Below are positions 9,337-19,917 of a stretch of DNA of 64,000 bases, one piece after another (position 1 is the stretch's first letter; every line of letters begins with the position of its first letter). A program made the translations under genes and the position numbers. A model generated the notes under the pieces. It ran no database searches, was not told where the DNA came from, and saw only the letters and a list, made by a program, of their open reading frames with translations. The DNA is from an uncultured Opitutia bacterium. Lineage in GTDB: Bacteria > Verrucomicrobiota > Verrucomicrobiia > Opitutales > Coraliomargaritaceae. Location: positions 10,913 through 74,912 of the forward strand of contig CAWUII010000001.1 in NCBI GenBank assembly GCA_963922575.1. Direction: 5' to 3'.

Positions 9337-12300
9337 ATGACTACTCATTCCAAAACACCTCCCACATTTGACCGCAGCTTTCTGGTCGAGCTGGCCAGTG
9401 GTTTGGTTTATCGGCAGGCGGAATCACTATTTGAGACAGGCGCAGTTGTTTCAGTCGAGTGGGAAAGCCCGATACTGAAGGGAGTGGTCTCGGCGGATGG
9501 AGAGTGCTATGAGCCAAAACTTAACTTGCGGTCAACGGTTTTTACGCAAAATGACTGTAACTGTCCCGAAGGCCGACGGCGTAAAATTTGCGCTCATGCG
9601 CTTGCGCTTGCTTTGCACTATGAAGCGCTCCGGCAAGAAGCAATCAACGCCGTGCATTTTCAGCCGGAGCCGGAGCCTTCCGCTACCGAGCATCAGGAAC
9701 CAGAGCAAATCCGCTTGCACTCCGTGAAACTCTCTGCAGAAGGCGATAAGCTGCGAGTACTGGTTTTTTTACCTCCCAATCTTGAATCCGCAGCGAAGCA
9801 GGATGCAATTGTTGTCAAACTGGATGCCGCCGTCGGCCGTGAAATTCTGCCGCTAAATCAGCTCAGCCCGACGCGAAATTATGCAGTTACTGAAGCTCAT
9901 CTAGCTGCACTCTCGCTGGTTGAGTCCTGGTGCGGCGAAAAGTTGGCAAGCCTTTTGCAGCTTTCCGGTAAACGGCTTTGCCGACTGCTGGCTACATTGA
10001 TGGATGAGCCCGTAATTTACTGGGTGAAAAAGCCGGATGTTCCGATTCCATGGCAGAGGGGCAAGCTTACGGGCGTGCATAAATTTTTGCCGAAAACGGA
10101 TGTATCGGAGCTGACTGAGGAAGCCATTGCCGAACCGGAGCGTTCTGAGATTTTGCAGAAGAATGTTGTGGAGGCAGCGGTTTCGGTTTCCAGGCGTGAA
10201 GCAACAAAACCAAATCCACGCCGGATTGCCGAGGCGCGCGTGCATGAAAACTGGAAGACAAGGGCCGGTGATTACCCGACTGCAAAAACGGTTTCTGAAT
10301 CAATGGACTCGTTTTCAGCAGACTGTGTTGTTGTCGATGGCTCACCCAACTTTCTGGCGATACGGTTGCCGGCGAGTGATGAGTCGATCCGACCGTTGCG
10401 AGAATCCTTGAAGTCAGAGGGATTTATGCTGGAGCCTTCAAACCGGAAATGGTGGTTACGCGACCGTCATAAGACCCTGAATTTTCTGGCCGATTACTGG
10501 AGAGAGCTTGAGGAGCAGTGGCATGCCAGCTTTACCAACAACTTTAAAGCTAGATTTGCGCAGATTAAACGGGCCAGTATCGAAATTGAAACCAAAGAAG
10601 ATAGCGGTCAGTTTGTCCTGAACGTCAAACTTGGCAGGGACAGCGATGAGACTGATTTACGTCGCGCAATAGGATCCGGACGCAGCTATGTAGAAACGGC
10701 TGAAGAGGGTACAGCAATCACGCTCCTTGATAAGGCATCCGTCGCACAATTACATGCGATTGAACGAGCCGTGAGCGGGCAGGCAGACCGTCCGTTTACG
10801 CCTACGTTTTCAAAACGCCTGTGTACCCAGGATCTTGTGGATGCCGAGGAGTTGCTGGAAGAACTGGTTGATGGGTGGCAACCACCGCAGGCATGGCAAT
10901 CGCGTAGCCGGGCGCTCAAGCAGGTAGGTGCACTGGAAGCGGCTCCAATCCGAGCTGATTTTGATGCAGTATTGCGTACGTATCAGCGCATTGGTGTTGC
11001 CTGGCTGTGGCATTTGTATCGTCATGAGTTGGGTGGAATTCTGGCGGATGAGATGGGACTGGGTAAAACCTTGCAGGCACTTGCGTTGATCGAATGTATC
11101 CATGTGACCGATGCCGAATCCGGACCTGCACTGGTAGTGTGTCCGGCCAGTCTGGTGGAGAACTGGCTTCGCGAAGCCGGGCGCTTTGCACCGGATTTGA
11201 AAGCTTTGAAGCACCACGGGGCAAAGCGTGCAAAAGAGCCGGTTGTACTTGAGGGTGCAGATGTGATCATCACCTCCTACGGCACGCTTCGGCAGGATAT
11301 CGAACTTCTCTCGGCGTTCGACTGGGCCGTAATTATTGGCGATGAAGCTCAGCATATTAAGAACCGTCGGTCACAAAATGCCCGTTCACTGTCGCGTTTG
11401 AAGAGTCGGGGACGTTTTTTGCTAACAGGGACTCCGGTCGAAAATTCGCTGGATGATTTATTCTCACTTTTTTCGTTTCTGATGCCCGGCTATTTGACGA
11501 GTGCCAGGGGTAAACTCTCGCAGGAAGATCGAGCCTGGCATTTACGCCGTCAAACTCAGCGTGCGGCACCTTACATACTTCGTCGGACCAAAAAAGAAGT
11601 GGCTCCGGAGTTGCCTGAAAAGATTGAGAAGGTCTTCTTCTGTGAATTCGGTTCCAAACAGATGCGTTTTTATCAGGATACACTGGAAAAGACACGACGT
11701 GAAATCTTTAATCTGGAGATGTCCGGAGCTAATGCCGGCCGGGTTCAATTTGCTGCCTTCAAAGAATTGCTGCGCTTGCGTCAGGTGTGTGTAGATCCTC
11801 GTATCCTTGATGACAGCTTCCCTGCTGCTGAGTCGTCAAAGCTTGCCGCCTTTGGTGAGTTACTGGATGAGTGTCTGGATGCCGGAAGCCGTATGTTGGT
11901 ATTTTCATCGTTTGTTTCGGCGCTCAAGCTGCTGGCGCAATATCTTAAGGGAGAGGGCCATACCTTTTGTTATCTGGATGGTCAGACCAAAAATCGACTC
12001 GCTCTGTGCGATCAGTTTAATGAAGACGCGAGCATCCCGGTTTTTCTTATTTCATTGAAAGCGGGTGGTACCGGTCTGAATCTTACCGGCGCGGATACGG
12101 TTGTGCATTTTGACCCGTGGTGGAATCCTGCGGCAGAAGCACAAGCAAGTGATCGCGCCCACCGTATTGGACAAGAAAGGGTTGTAACCAGTATCAAGCT
12201 AATTGCTGCAAATACAGTGGAAGAAAAAGTGCTCGAACTACAGGCAAAGAAGGCAGAGTTAATCAAAGAGCTGTTTGAGGAGAGCGAGGCTGCTAATTCG

Positions 12301-12339
12301 AAGGTTAGTTTGAATGACATCAAGGATTTGCTGGGATAG
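9337..12339 (+). CDS. SNF2-family helicase with N-terminal SWIM zinc finger
   Basis: SWIM motif [18 protein letters not shown]. Helicase motifs [29 protein letters not shown] and [11 protein letters not shown]. Confidence 0.9.
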   Translation: MTTHSKTPPTFDRSFLVELASGLVYRQAESLFETGAVVSVEWESPILKGVVSADGECYEPKLNLRSTVFTQNDCNCPEGRRRKICAHALALALHYEALRQEAINAVHFQPEPEPSATEHQEPEQIRLHSVKLSAEGDKLRVLVFLPPNLESAAKQDAIVVKLDAAVGREILPLNQLSPTRNYAVTEAHLAALSLVESWCGEKLASLLQLSGKRLCRLLATLMDEPVIYWVKKPDVPIPWQRGKLTGVHKFLPKTDVSELTEEAIAEPERSEILQKNVVEAAVSVSRREATKPNPRRIAEARVHENWKTRAGDYPTAKTVSESMDSFSADCVVVDGSPNFLAIRLPASDESIRPLRESLKSEGFMLEPSNRKWWLRDRHKTLNFLADYWRELEEQWHASFTNNFKARFAQIKRASIEIETKEDSGQFVLNVKLGRDSDETDLRRAIGSGRSYVETAEEGTAITLLDKASVAQLHAIERAVSGQADRPFTPTFSKRLCTQDLVDAEELLEELVDGWQPPQAWQSRSRALKQVGALEAAPIRADFDAVLRTYQRIGVAWLWHLYRHELGGILADEMGLGKTLQALALIECIHVTDAESGPALVVCPASLVENWLREAGRFAPDLKALKHHGAKRAKEPVVLEGADVIITSYGTLRQDIELLSAFDWAVIIGDEAQHIKNRRSQNARSLSRLKSRGRFLLTGTPVENSLDDLFSLFSFLMPGYLTSARGKLSQEDRAWHLRRQTQRAAPYILRRTKKEVAPELPEKIEKVFFCEFGSKQMRFYQDTLEKTRREIFNLEMSGANAGRVQFAAFKELLRLRQVCVDPRILDDSFPAAESSKLAAFGELLDECLDAGSRMLVFSSFVSALKLLAQYLKGEGHTFCYLDGQTKNRLALCDQFNEDASIPVFLISLKAGGTGLNLTGADTVVHFDPWWNPAAEAQASDRAHRIGQERVVTSIKLIAANTVEEKVLELQAKKAELIKELFEESEAANSKVSLNDIKDLLG

Positions 12340-12460
12340 TACGAGGACGGCGGAGTTCCCAGCAGCTTAGGTAAGCCTCAGAAATCGTACTTACGGTTAT
12401 GCGATTAAAACGACAATAGGGCAATCTATTCTTATTTAGCTATATTTCGCAAAAAAGATT

Positions 12461-13819
12461 TTATTCAATGCTGCTTGCTTTTTGGATTTCAGCCTCACCA
12501 CGAATGATGCGTTTACCTCCGTCAAAGAAACGTACATATTCGTTTAATTGTTTTTCCCAGTCGTCACTAAACGCTTCATCTCCGGCAAGAAACAGAATGA
12601 CATTTACAGAAGGATCCTGTACTTGAGCATAGATTTTTTCAATTACCTTTTCAAAATAGTCTTCGATCTCCTTAGGCTTGATCACAAAGCTGGGAGCATC
12701 CCCTGGATGTGGGTTTTTCCATTCGAGACCCAGTTCTTCAGAGCTTTTATATATATTGTTTGGGTCTGTCAGTATACGCGGTGGCTGCCCTCGACTTGCC
12801 CGTTTTTTATTGATTTCTGCTAATTCTTTTTGGATCGATGTTTTCATTGCAGCGATTTCTGCGACATGTTTGCTGAGTTTGTTCTGATAGGTTGATGAAT
12901 TTACTTCACGTTCCCACTTTACAGCTTCAGCTTCGTTCATTGGTTGTCTAAGTTCTTCAAAGCCTCGATGATAACCGGTCAAGAAGAAGATTGCGTCTGC
13001 ACTTTGCTCTAAAGCTAGCTGCGTAACCAGACCTACCTGATTTCCCTCCCATTGTATATTAGGAAGTACCTTATGTACCGGTTCCTCAGGTAAAATACTC
13101 AATTCGATGGGTACGGCGTCTTTATTATTTTCCAGGCCGATATTCGCCGAGTCAGCGTTTATCGGAGCAATCCAATCGACCAGTTTCTTGTGCGTATCCG
13201 TACTTGCCGTTACCAGCTTGGGTTGAAAGTAGAGTACATTTTTCCTATCAAACAATATAACGTTAAATAGTGTTCCGGGTGAAAACTTTTCAACGACATT
13301 GGCGACTTCATTTTTAATGGCCTTGTAGCTGTTTAACCCACCTTTATTGTCTGCAACCATTCTGCGATTTGCATCAATAAGGATTAGAAAACGTTCGGCC
13401 TTTGATTTTAGATTGAAGATGTTTACGGTCGATAGTCCCATATTCATATTCCCCCGGGCATTGCCCAGCAGATTGTCTCCCATTCGACCGATCCCAACGC
13501 TCACAGTAAAACTATCCTCCATGCCCGGCATGGAGAGATCCAAATTGCCAATAGAAATATCAGCAACCGAGGGCATTGTCAGCTTCTGCCCAAATTGTTC
13601 ATTGGGTTGCTCTGGCTCGATTGTAGTAGTGACTTCGGGCGGCGGTTCCACTTCTTCTACAGGTGGCGGCTCCTCGAATTTGTTTTCATTCTTGATATAA
13701 TTGATAAAGGTATAGGAACCCGCAATAACTCCACCAATCACATGAAGGGCCAAGCTGATGATAATCACCTTCATCAGTAGCGGGTTGAATTTCTTTTTTT
13801 TCTCGTTTACCTGAATCAT
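12461..13819 (-). CDS. TonB-like anchor (SxxxH helix plus Pro/Glu spacer) fused to a vWA-like domain; no TonB C-terminal domain
   Basis: N-terminal helix IIISLALHVIGGVIAG has the S-x3-H spacing of the TonB helix, followed by EEPPPVEEVEPPPEV. The C-terminal ~330 aa shows a vWA-like pattern (FLILIDANRRM...FNVILFDRKNV) with a degenerate MIDAS site. It is the last gene of the exbBD operon. Confidence 0.7.
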   Translation of the reverse strand: MIQVNEKKKKFNPLLMKVIIISLALHVIGGVIAGSYTFINYIKNENKFEEPPPVEEVEPPPEVTTTIEPEQPNEQFGQKLTMPSVADISIGNLDLSMPGMEDSFTVSVGIGRMGDNLLGNARGNMNMGLSTVNIFNLKSKAERFLILIDANRRMVADNKGGLNSYKAIKNEVANVVEKFSPGTLFNVILFDRKNVLYFQPKLVTASTDTHKKLVDWIAPINADSANIGLENNKDAVPIELSILPEEPVHKVLPNIQWEGNQVGLVTQLALEQSADAIFFLTGYHRGFEELRQPMNEAEAVKWEREVNSSTYQNKLSKHVAEIAAMKTSIQKELAEINKKRASRGQPPRILTDPNNIYKSSEELGLEWKNPHPGDAPSFVIKPKEIEDYFEKVIEKIYAQVQDPSVNVILFLAGDEAFSDDWEKQLNEYVRFFDGGKRIIRGEAEIQKASSIE

Positions 13820-13847
13820 GTCAAAGGGGCTAACTATTCAAATTTTG

Positions 13848-14285
13848 TTATAGATCGTAAGCAGCGAAGGATACTTTTTTGATCGTCGCTTTGGAGCAGG
13901 CATTGAGGACATCCATAGAGCGTTGGTGGGGCGAATCGGGGTCTGCCTGGATTTTAACAACCGTATCAATATCAATCCGGTCTGAAGACAGTTTCAGGCG
14001 TGTCAGCGTGGTTGCCAAGCGGGGCATGTTACGACTTTCGGTCGAATCCATTGGTGCGCCGTTGAGAAGTACCATTCCATTTGGGAAAATATCGACAATG
14101 TGTTCATTCGGCAGATCCAGTTCTTTGACTTCAGGTGGCGTTGTGCTGGGTAGTCGAATGCCAATATCTGCTTCCTGCTGAAGAGGGAGAAACATGAAAT
14201 AAACGAGCAAAAGAAAGACAACATCGATCATCGGTGTGATGTCGACTTTATCATCGGATTCCAGAACTTTATTAATAGCAGCCAT
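13848..14285 (-). CDS. exbD: biopolymer transport protein ExbD/TolR
   Basis: DITPMIDVVFLLLVYFM anchor motif, ~145 aa, adjacent to exbB. Confidence 0.85.
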   Translation of the reverse strand: MAAINKVLESDDKVDITPMIDVVFLLLVYFMFLPLQQEADIGIRLPSTTPPEVKELDLPNEHIVDIFPNGMVLLNGAPMDSTESRNMPRLATTLTRLKLSSDRIDIDTVVKIQADPDSPHQRSMDVLNACSKATIKKVSFAAYDL

Positions 14286-14288
14286 TGC

Positions 14289-14693
14289 TTAATCTTTATT
14301 GTTGGCGAATATGATGTCGAAAATCTGCGCCTGGGCACAGGCACTCATGACCTTATTAACATAGCGATGCGGTGAGTTTGCATCTGCTCGAAGATAAACT
14401 TTAAGTCTAGGATTTCGTTGCTTCGCTTTTTCAAGTTCCAAGGCGAGCGATTCGTAAAGAATCGGTTTGGCACCCCAGTAACTCTGTCCTTCGACATCAA
14501 TAGAAATATATTGGCGCTCGTCCGGGTCTTCCGGTATTATTGATTCTTCTGCTTCCGGCAATTCGAGCTTGATAAGTTCTGAACTGATAAAGCTGATCAA
14601 GGTCATGAAAAATGCGATCAGCAAGAACACGACGTCGATCATCGGAGTCATTTCAAACTCCGGATCCGCTTCTTCTGGTGTCCAAGGTTTCAT
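14289..14693 (-). CDS. exbD: biopolymer transport protein ExbD/TolR (second copy)
   Basis: EMTPMIDVVFLLIAFFM anchor motif, 134 aa. Confidence 0.85.
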   Translation of the reverse strand: MKPWTPEEADPEFEMTPMIDVVFLLIAFFMTLISFISSELIKLELPEAEESIIPEDPDERQYISIDVEGQSYWGAKPILYESLALELEKAKQRNPRLKVYLRADANSPHRYVNKVMSACAQAQIFDIIFANNKD

Positions 14694-14717
14694 CGTTTTC
14701 AGTACTGACGGATGGGT

Positions 14718-15494
14718 TTAACCTCTAGTATTGATTTTCGTTTTAAGGGTGAATTGAAGATCACCGATTATTCGGGCAATGCGCGAAGTAATTTTTCCGT
14801 ATTTGTTTTTGAAAAAGAAGAAGGCGAACATCGCAGGGATACCAATGGCCATTCCAGATGCAGTCGTGATCAGAGCCTCAGAAATGTTACCAGCCAGTGC
14901 CTGAGCACTGCCGGCGCCTTCCGTTCTGATCACGTTAAAGGCTTTTATCATACCGGAAACAGTTCCGAGGAGTCCGACCATCGGAGAGAGTGCAGCAATG
15001 ATCGACAAGTAGTTGATCAGCAGATACGGATCCGACAGTTCTTCAGCCGAGGCTTCTTCCATGGCTTCTTTAATCTGTTCGGAGTCGTAGTCGGCAGGGT
15101 TTGTGCGTAACAGTCCTGCTTTTACGATACTTGTCAAGGGCCCCGGGTTTGCTTCGCAGATCGATTTTGCCTTTTCGATATCAAGGGCTTCAAGTGCCTG
15201 GTCTATTTCCGGCACTATCTGTGGCTGTAGTATCTGGTTTGTCTGAATCGCCATGGAATTGTAAACAATGAGACCAACCATACCGACGGACAGAAGGGTG
15301 AGTGGATACATCGCCCAACCTCCGGTTTTGTACATCTGACGCAGATTTGTTTCAACCTTCTCGACGTTTGCTCCCTCCGCAGCAGCTTTAGTTTCTTGAG
15401 CATTCAAAGGTTGTTGCAGCATCCACTGCAGAGCGACTGCAAAGAGCACAATTGCTGCAAACGAGGAAATTAGGTGTTTTTTGGATCGTTTCAT
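14718..15494 (-). CDS. exbB: MotA/TolQ/ExbB proton-channel protein
   Basis: Three C-terminal helices with PMVGLLGTVSGMIKAF and ALITTASGMAIGIP motifs; N-terminal signal/periplasmic extension. Confidence 0.85.
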   Translation of the reverse strand: MKRSKKHLISSFAAIVLFAVALQWMLQQPLNAQETKAAAEGANVEKVETNLRQMYKTGGWAMYPLTLLSVGMVGLIVYNSMAIQTNQILQPQIVPEIDQALEALDIEKAKSICEANPGPLTSIVKAGLLRTNPADYDSEQIKEAMEEASAEELSDPYLLINYLSIIAALSPMVGLLGTVSGMIKAFNVIRTEGAGSAQALAGNISEALITTASGMAIGIPAMFAFFFFKNKYGKITSRIARIIGDLQFTLKTKINTRG

Positions 15495-15526
15495 GTTGGT
15501 TGTGTATTAAATCAATTGGTAAAAAA

Positions 15527-16693
15527 TTAACTTTGAGAAGTTTCATTGGTTTTTTTGTCTTCTTTAAGCTCTTGCGAAGGTAATTTTTCCAGGGATTCGC
15601 TGGCGTTTACAGCCCAAAGTGAGTTCGGATAGAGGATTGTTATTTCTGTCCAGACATTACGTGCTGCGGTTGGATGTTCATTTTTTGCATAGCAATCGCC
15701 GATCAGATAAAGCATCTCCGGTACCCATGTATACGCTGTTTGTGCACGGACAAATCCACGAGTCAATAAATCAAGTGCCTGGTCGTAATTTCCCTTACGA
15801 TGTTCACGAGAACCTTGTAAAAGCTTATAAAGTGAAAACAGGGTTGCTTCCGGAATCGGTTCTTCCAATTTATCAATAATCACAGATGCTTCGTCAATCT
15901 CATCTATCAGAATCAGGCTGTATGCCAGCCACATTTGTATTTCGGTGTAGGTCTCACCACTGACATATTTTTCTGCCCTGCGATAAAGCGGGATAACAGC
16001 GCGGTACTTGTCGGCGCCACGCAGGATATTGGCCACACGAATAATGTAATCGATATTGTCCGAATATATCCCATCGACAGGTAACTGATTGACGACCCTG
16101 GTTGCCGCCTCATAATCTTGCTCAGTCAAGTAGGCATTCAACAAATCAATTGCTAGTTCACCGTACTTGATATCGACACTGTTTAACGAAATCCTGGAAA
16201 GTATGTCTTCTGCTTCCGAGTAATTTCTCGATCTGATTAAGCTGTATATTAAAGCCCGTACCGGGGTATGTAATTCGCTGAACAGTTCTGGAACTTTATG
16301 AAATCGTATGAGCGGGTAGACCTTCGGGCGAAGTAATTCGGCGGCACCATAATAGTTCTCTTCGAAAATAAGCTTATTTGCCAGTTCCATTGCTTTAATA
16401 TCCAACCGCAATGTATTAATCATTGATTTACTGAGGGGACGGGAGATTTCCGCAGTACCACCCCCAACATCTAATTCCATAGACAATCGGTTACCCTTGT
16501 AGTGTACGAATTTAAGGATGCGTTCCGTGTTTCCGTCGATTTGTTTTACATAGACAGGGTTTCTACCGTATTTTAACCAGTACTCGTTTTCCGCAAAGAC
16601 AGAAGAATGGATCAAGAAAACAATAAATGAAGTCAAAAAGAGCTTTTTAAAGTTTACTTTTTTGCAGATACATAAGCTGTGAAAAGTCTTCAT
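15527..16693 (-). CDS. TPR-like repeat protein with signal peptide
   Basis: Hydrophobic N-terminus FLTSFIVFLIHSSVFA. Repeated ~34-aa A/Y/L helical-pair pattern. A 4-nt gap to the upstream gene and 32 nt to exbB. Confidence 0.7.
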   Translation of the reverse strand: MKTFHSLCICKKVNFKKLFLTSFIVFLIHSSVFAENEYWLKYGRNPVYVKQIDGNTERILKFVHYKGNRLSMELDVGGGTAEISRPLSKSMINTLRLDIKAMELANKLIFEENYYGAAELLRPKVYPLIRFHKVPELFSELHTPVRALIYSLIRSRNYSEAEDILSRISLNSVDIKYGELAIDLLNAYLTEQDYEAATRVVNQLPVDGIYSDNIDYIIRVANILRGADKYRAVIPLYRRAEKYVSGETYTEIQMWLAYSLILIDEIDEASVIIDKLEEPIPEATLFSLYKLLQGSREHRKGNYDQALDLLTRGFVRAQTAYTWVPEMLYLIGDCYAKNEHPTAARNVWTEITILYPNSLWAVNASESLEKLPSQELKEDKKTNETSQS

Positions 16694-16697
16694 GGTG

Positions 16698-19600
16698 TCA
16701 GGAAGTTAGTTGATTCAGTATATCCTGGATAGATTTCATCAATTCATCCGGTGCATCTTGTGGGAGCACCTCGAGTGCTTCTGTCAGTGTCGCAATTGCA
16801 TCTTCCTTCTGGTTGAGTGCAATAAGCGCTTTTGCGTCTTCCAGATAAGCATTGGCTGCCCACTTCCCAAAGTGAGAATAGGCCACAAATGTGCGCTCAA
16901 AATAACCATGTGCTGTTCCGTATTCTCTCTCTGCCATGTAGGACTCGCCGATTTGGAAGAGTGCTTGTGCATGCAGAATTCCTCTCCATGCAGTCACGCT
17001 GAGGATGTATTTGTACTCATCACGAGCGCTTTCTGTATCTCCATTTAAGGTATAGAGCTCACCCTGACGGAGAACAATCGCCGGTAGTTTTGGTGTCCCG
17101 GGGAATTGTTTTCTAACTTTGTTAAGGTAGTCGATCGCCTTGTTGAAGTCGTTACGCTTGGCACTTACATCAGCGAGTCGCATGTAAGCAACAATGGTAG
17201 CGTCGTCTTTGGGATATCGGCGAAGCAATGTGTTCCACGCTTCGATAGCGAAGTTCAGATCGGTGGTGCGTGTGTAGTCAGCAACATATAGGATCATGCG
17301 TGGCGTTATTTCATCAAGGAAGCCCTGATCATAAGGTTGTGCTGACTGGAGTACGATGTTGTTGCGGTAAAGCCCCATGAGCATACGGGTTGTTCCGATG
17401 CGGTTTCTCTGTCCTTGGAATTTTTTCAGTTGCTTACGGAAGAATTGTTCGGGTGTTTCCGCGGGGTACCGTGCGAGTTGTTCTCGATAGATGGATGTAA
17501 GGTTTTGAATAGGAGACAGGTCATCGATTAACTGTTCGTTAAATTCCGGATGCGTGCGCAAGCGATTGTACAGGTACTCGTCGACTGCTTTGTTTTTGAA
17601 AAAGTATTCAAACAAAAAGCCGCGGTCTGTTACAATCTGAGTTCGGAAGGTGAGGTCGTTTTCCAGTTTGTCCAAAAACTCGACGGTTTTAATCAGGAGC
17701 GTTTTATTGGTTTCATATTTTTCTGCAAAGCTTTCAATCAGAATGTCAACGCCCGCGTTGTTTGGATCACTTGCATATCGCTCAATATAATTGCTATAAA
17801 GTGTAAGCATCTCACTGTATTGGCTAAGAAACTCGTAACCACGCCCCAGCTGATAGATCGCATCGGTTGCCCTACTTACATTGCTAAAGCGTTCCAGGTA
17901 GTTCTTGAAGGTTTCCACCATTTTATCGTAACGCTTCTGTTGCTCGTAAATTTCACCAATACCAAACGCACAACTGTCATGGACTGCTTGTGACTTAGCC
18001 AGTTCATCCGCCGTTCTGAAATGTTGCAGAGCAAGCTCATATTTATGGGCGAATTCTTCCAGTTTTCCCAGAAAATAGAAGGCCTGATCAACCGCATAAC
18101 CTTCCGGATAGGTGCTCGTATATTTGTAAAAAGCACTTTTTGAATCCTCAAACTTGCTGGCGTAAAAACAAGAAACCCCAATGCGCATTAAGCTGTCCTC
18201 CGCATATCCGCTGTCGGGGTATAATTCCAATACTTTACTAAAGTTCGAAACCGCATTTTCATATTCGCCCAATTGCAGATATGCCAGTGCGATCCAGTAG
18301 TGAAGCCCATCTTTAAATGCAGGGTTTGGGTGCATTTGAAACCAACGCTTTATTTGAGCAACTACTGCTTCAAATTGACTATCCTGAATCATGTAAGAGG
18401 ACCATGTGGTTAAAAGGTTGGCAGCAACTTCATGGCATTTTTCATCCTTCTGTGGATATGCATCGATAAAATCTTTGGAGATTTGAACGTACTCGTTACT
18501 GATCCTCTGATCTCTCATCGTATTAACGATTCCCAAAGTGACTGAAGAATAATATTTGTCTTCCGGGAACTGTTTTCGATAGGCTTTACCAATCTCGATT
18601 GAAACTTCGTGTTTTTTAAGCGTCAGCGCGCTCGTGTAGGTTGCGTATGTAAAAAGTTCAATCTGTTTGTCATCTGGATTTTCTTTCATCAGATCATAAA
18701 ACATCCAGAATGATTCGTAATTACGGCTGGTCTGGGCGTAGTTTCGAGCCCGACGCAACAGCAATTCAGTGCGAAGTGTCGGTAGGTCGCGCAATTTCTC
18801 CAGAGTCGATTCGTGATTGATAATTTCCTGATTTAATATCTCCGACTCTTCGGTTTTGCGACCCAGGCTGGAGATCAGTCTTATTCGAGCTTTCTTACTT
18901 TCAATGGCCGTTTCGTGATAGGCAATAATTACATCGTTGGTTTTAATTAGATTAAGCAGTATCGCGGCATCTGTGAAACGTTCTTTTTCAACCATTTGAT
19001 CACTTGTTTGGAGCATAGCTACATTCAGGCGATACATATAACGGATTTTTGATTCGTTGGCCAGTGCCGGCAAGATAGTCATTACATCGTCGTACTGTTC
19101 CAGATTTGAATAGGCCTCAAAACAGGCTGCTGATCCCCAAGCTTTATCTTCTGCGTCATAAGCAACTTCAATAAGTTTCTTAAATATTGGCAGTCCCTCT
19201 TCCCAATTCTGCTTGCTGTAAAAAAGTCGGGTCAAACGAACCAACTGATCGCTGATCTCTTTGCGGTTAAGTCTAAAAGGGTAGTGGTTGCTGATCAGTC
19301 GTTGAATCAATTCAACGGCATCGTCTTCGCGGTCAAGTATCAGCAGAACGTCGACTTTTTTTAGCAAGGCATCTTTAAGTTTTGGGCTTTCCGGATAATT
19401 CTCTTCAAGTTTTTCAAACCAGCCTAGAGCCAATTTTAGAGCTCCTTTATCTTCGCTGTTAACGTACACCTGAATGTGTGCAATACCCAGAATAAATAAT
19501 GGAAAGTCGAGCGCTACTGTGGCATCTGCGGAACCATCGATTCTGAAAACCAACTCTTCAAGTAGTGGTATGGCTTCCTCAAACTGGCCTTTTTCAACAA

Positions 19601-19733
19601 GATCGCCCGCAATTAACTGCAGGTTACTAATACCCATTTGACTGGCATCCTGGGCGCGCAAATCCAAGTTGCAGCTAATTAAGGAAACCAAGGTAACAAT
19701 ACCAAGTTTTATAACTGATGAGCGTGAGAACAA
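16698..19733 (-). CDS. large TPR repeat protein with signal peptide (TTG start)
   Basis: 1011 aa with signal-like IKLGIVTLVSLISCNLDLRAQ. Many TPR-like units (e.g. ALAYLQLGEYENAVSNFSKVLELYPDS). First gene of the exbBD operon. Confidence 0.8.
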   Translation of the reverse strand: MFSRSSVIKLGIVTLVSLISCNLDLRAQDASQMGISNLQLIAGDLVEKGQFEEAIPLLEELVFRIDGSADATVALDFPLFILGIAHIQVYVNSEDKGALKLALGWFEKLEENYPESPKLKDALLKKVDVLLILDREDDAVELIQRLISNHYPFRLNRKEISDQLVRLTRLFYSKQNWEEGLPIFKKLIEVAYDAEDKAWGSAACFEAYSNLEQYDDVMTILPALANESKIRYMYRLNVAMLQTSDQMVEKERFTDAAILLNLIKTNDVIIAYHETAIESKKARIRLISSLGRKTEESEILNQEIINHESTLEKLRDLPTLRTELLLRRARNYAQTSRNYESFWMFYDLMKENPDDKQIELFTYATYTSALTLKKHEVSIEIGKAYRKQFPEDKYYSSVTLGIVNTMRDQRISNEYVQISKDFIDAYPQKDEKCHEVAANLLTTWSSYMIQDSQFEAVVAQIKRWFQMHPNPAFKDGLHYWIALAYLQLGEYENAVSNFSKVLELYPDSGYAEDSLMRIGVSCFYASKFEDSKSAFYKYTSTYPEGYAVDQAFYFLGKLEEFAHKYELALQHFRTADELAKSQAVHDSCAFGIGEIYEQQKRYDKMVETFKNYLERFSNVSRATDAIYQLGRGYEFLSQYSEMLTLYSNYIERYASDPNNAGVDILIESFAEKYETNKTLLIKTVEFLDKLENDLTFRTQIVTDRGFLFEYFFKNKAVDEYLYNRLRTHPEFNEQLIDDLSPIQNLTSIYREQLARYPAETPEQFFRKQLKKFQGQRNRIGTTRMLMGLYRNNIVLQSAQPYDQGFLDEITPRMILYVADYTRTTDLNFAIEAWNTLLRRYPKDDATIVAYMRLADVSAKRNDFNKAIDYLNKVRKQFPGTPKLPAIVLRQGELYTLNGDTESARDEYKYILSVTAWRGILHAQALFQIGESYMAEREYGTAHGYFERTFVAYSHFGKWAANAYLEDAKALIALNQKEDAIATLTEALEVLPQDAPDELMKSIQDILNQLTS

Positions 19734-19917
19734 AATAAAACTAACGGAATTTTTTGAATTTAAATCTGATGAACGTACTAAAGCTTTACTAAGAAATATG
19801 AGTAAAGATAAATAATTGTCTGCGATAAGCTTTTTTGTAAAGTACTTGTTTGTTGAAAATTTTGATTAATGAATTAACTACCAGTTATTGCTACCTCTAA
19901 AATCCACTATAAGTTCC

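Noticed and set aside
9337-15494. Juxtaposition of an SNF2 helicase with MotA/ExbB-type and ExbD-type genes, reminiscent of Zorya defence systems (ZorAB plus the SNF2-like ZorD).
   Set aside because: The helicase is convergent to the motor genes, not co-oriented. ExbB is a normal 258-aa protein without the long ZorA tail. The ExbDs lack a peptidoglycan-binding domain. The helicase is the widespread SWIM-SNF2 type with no nuclease domain visible.
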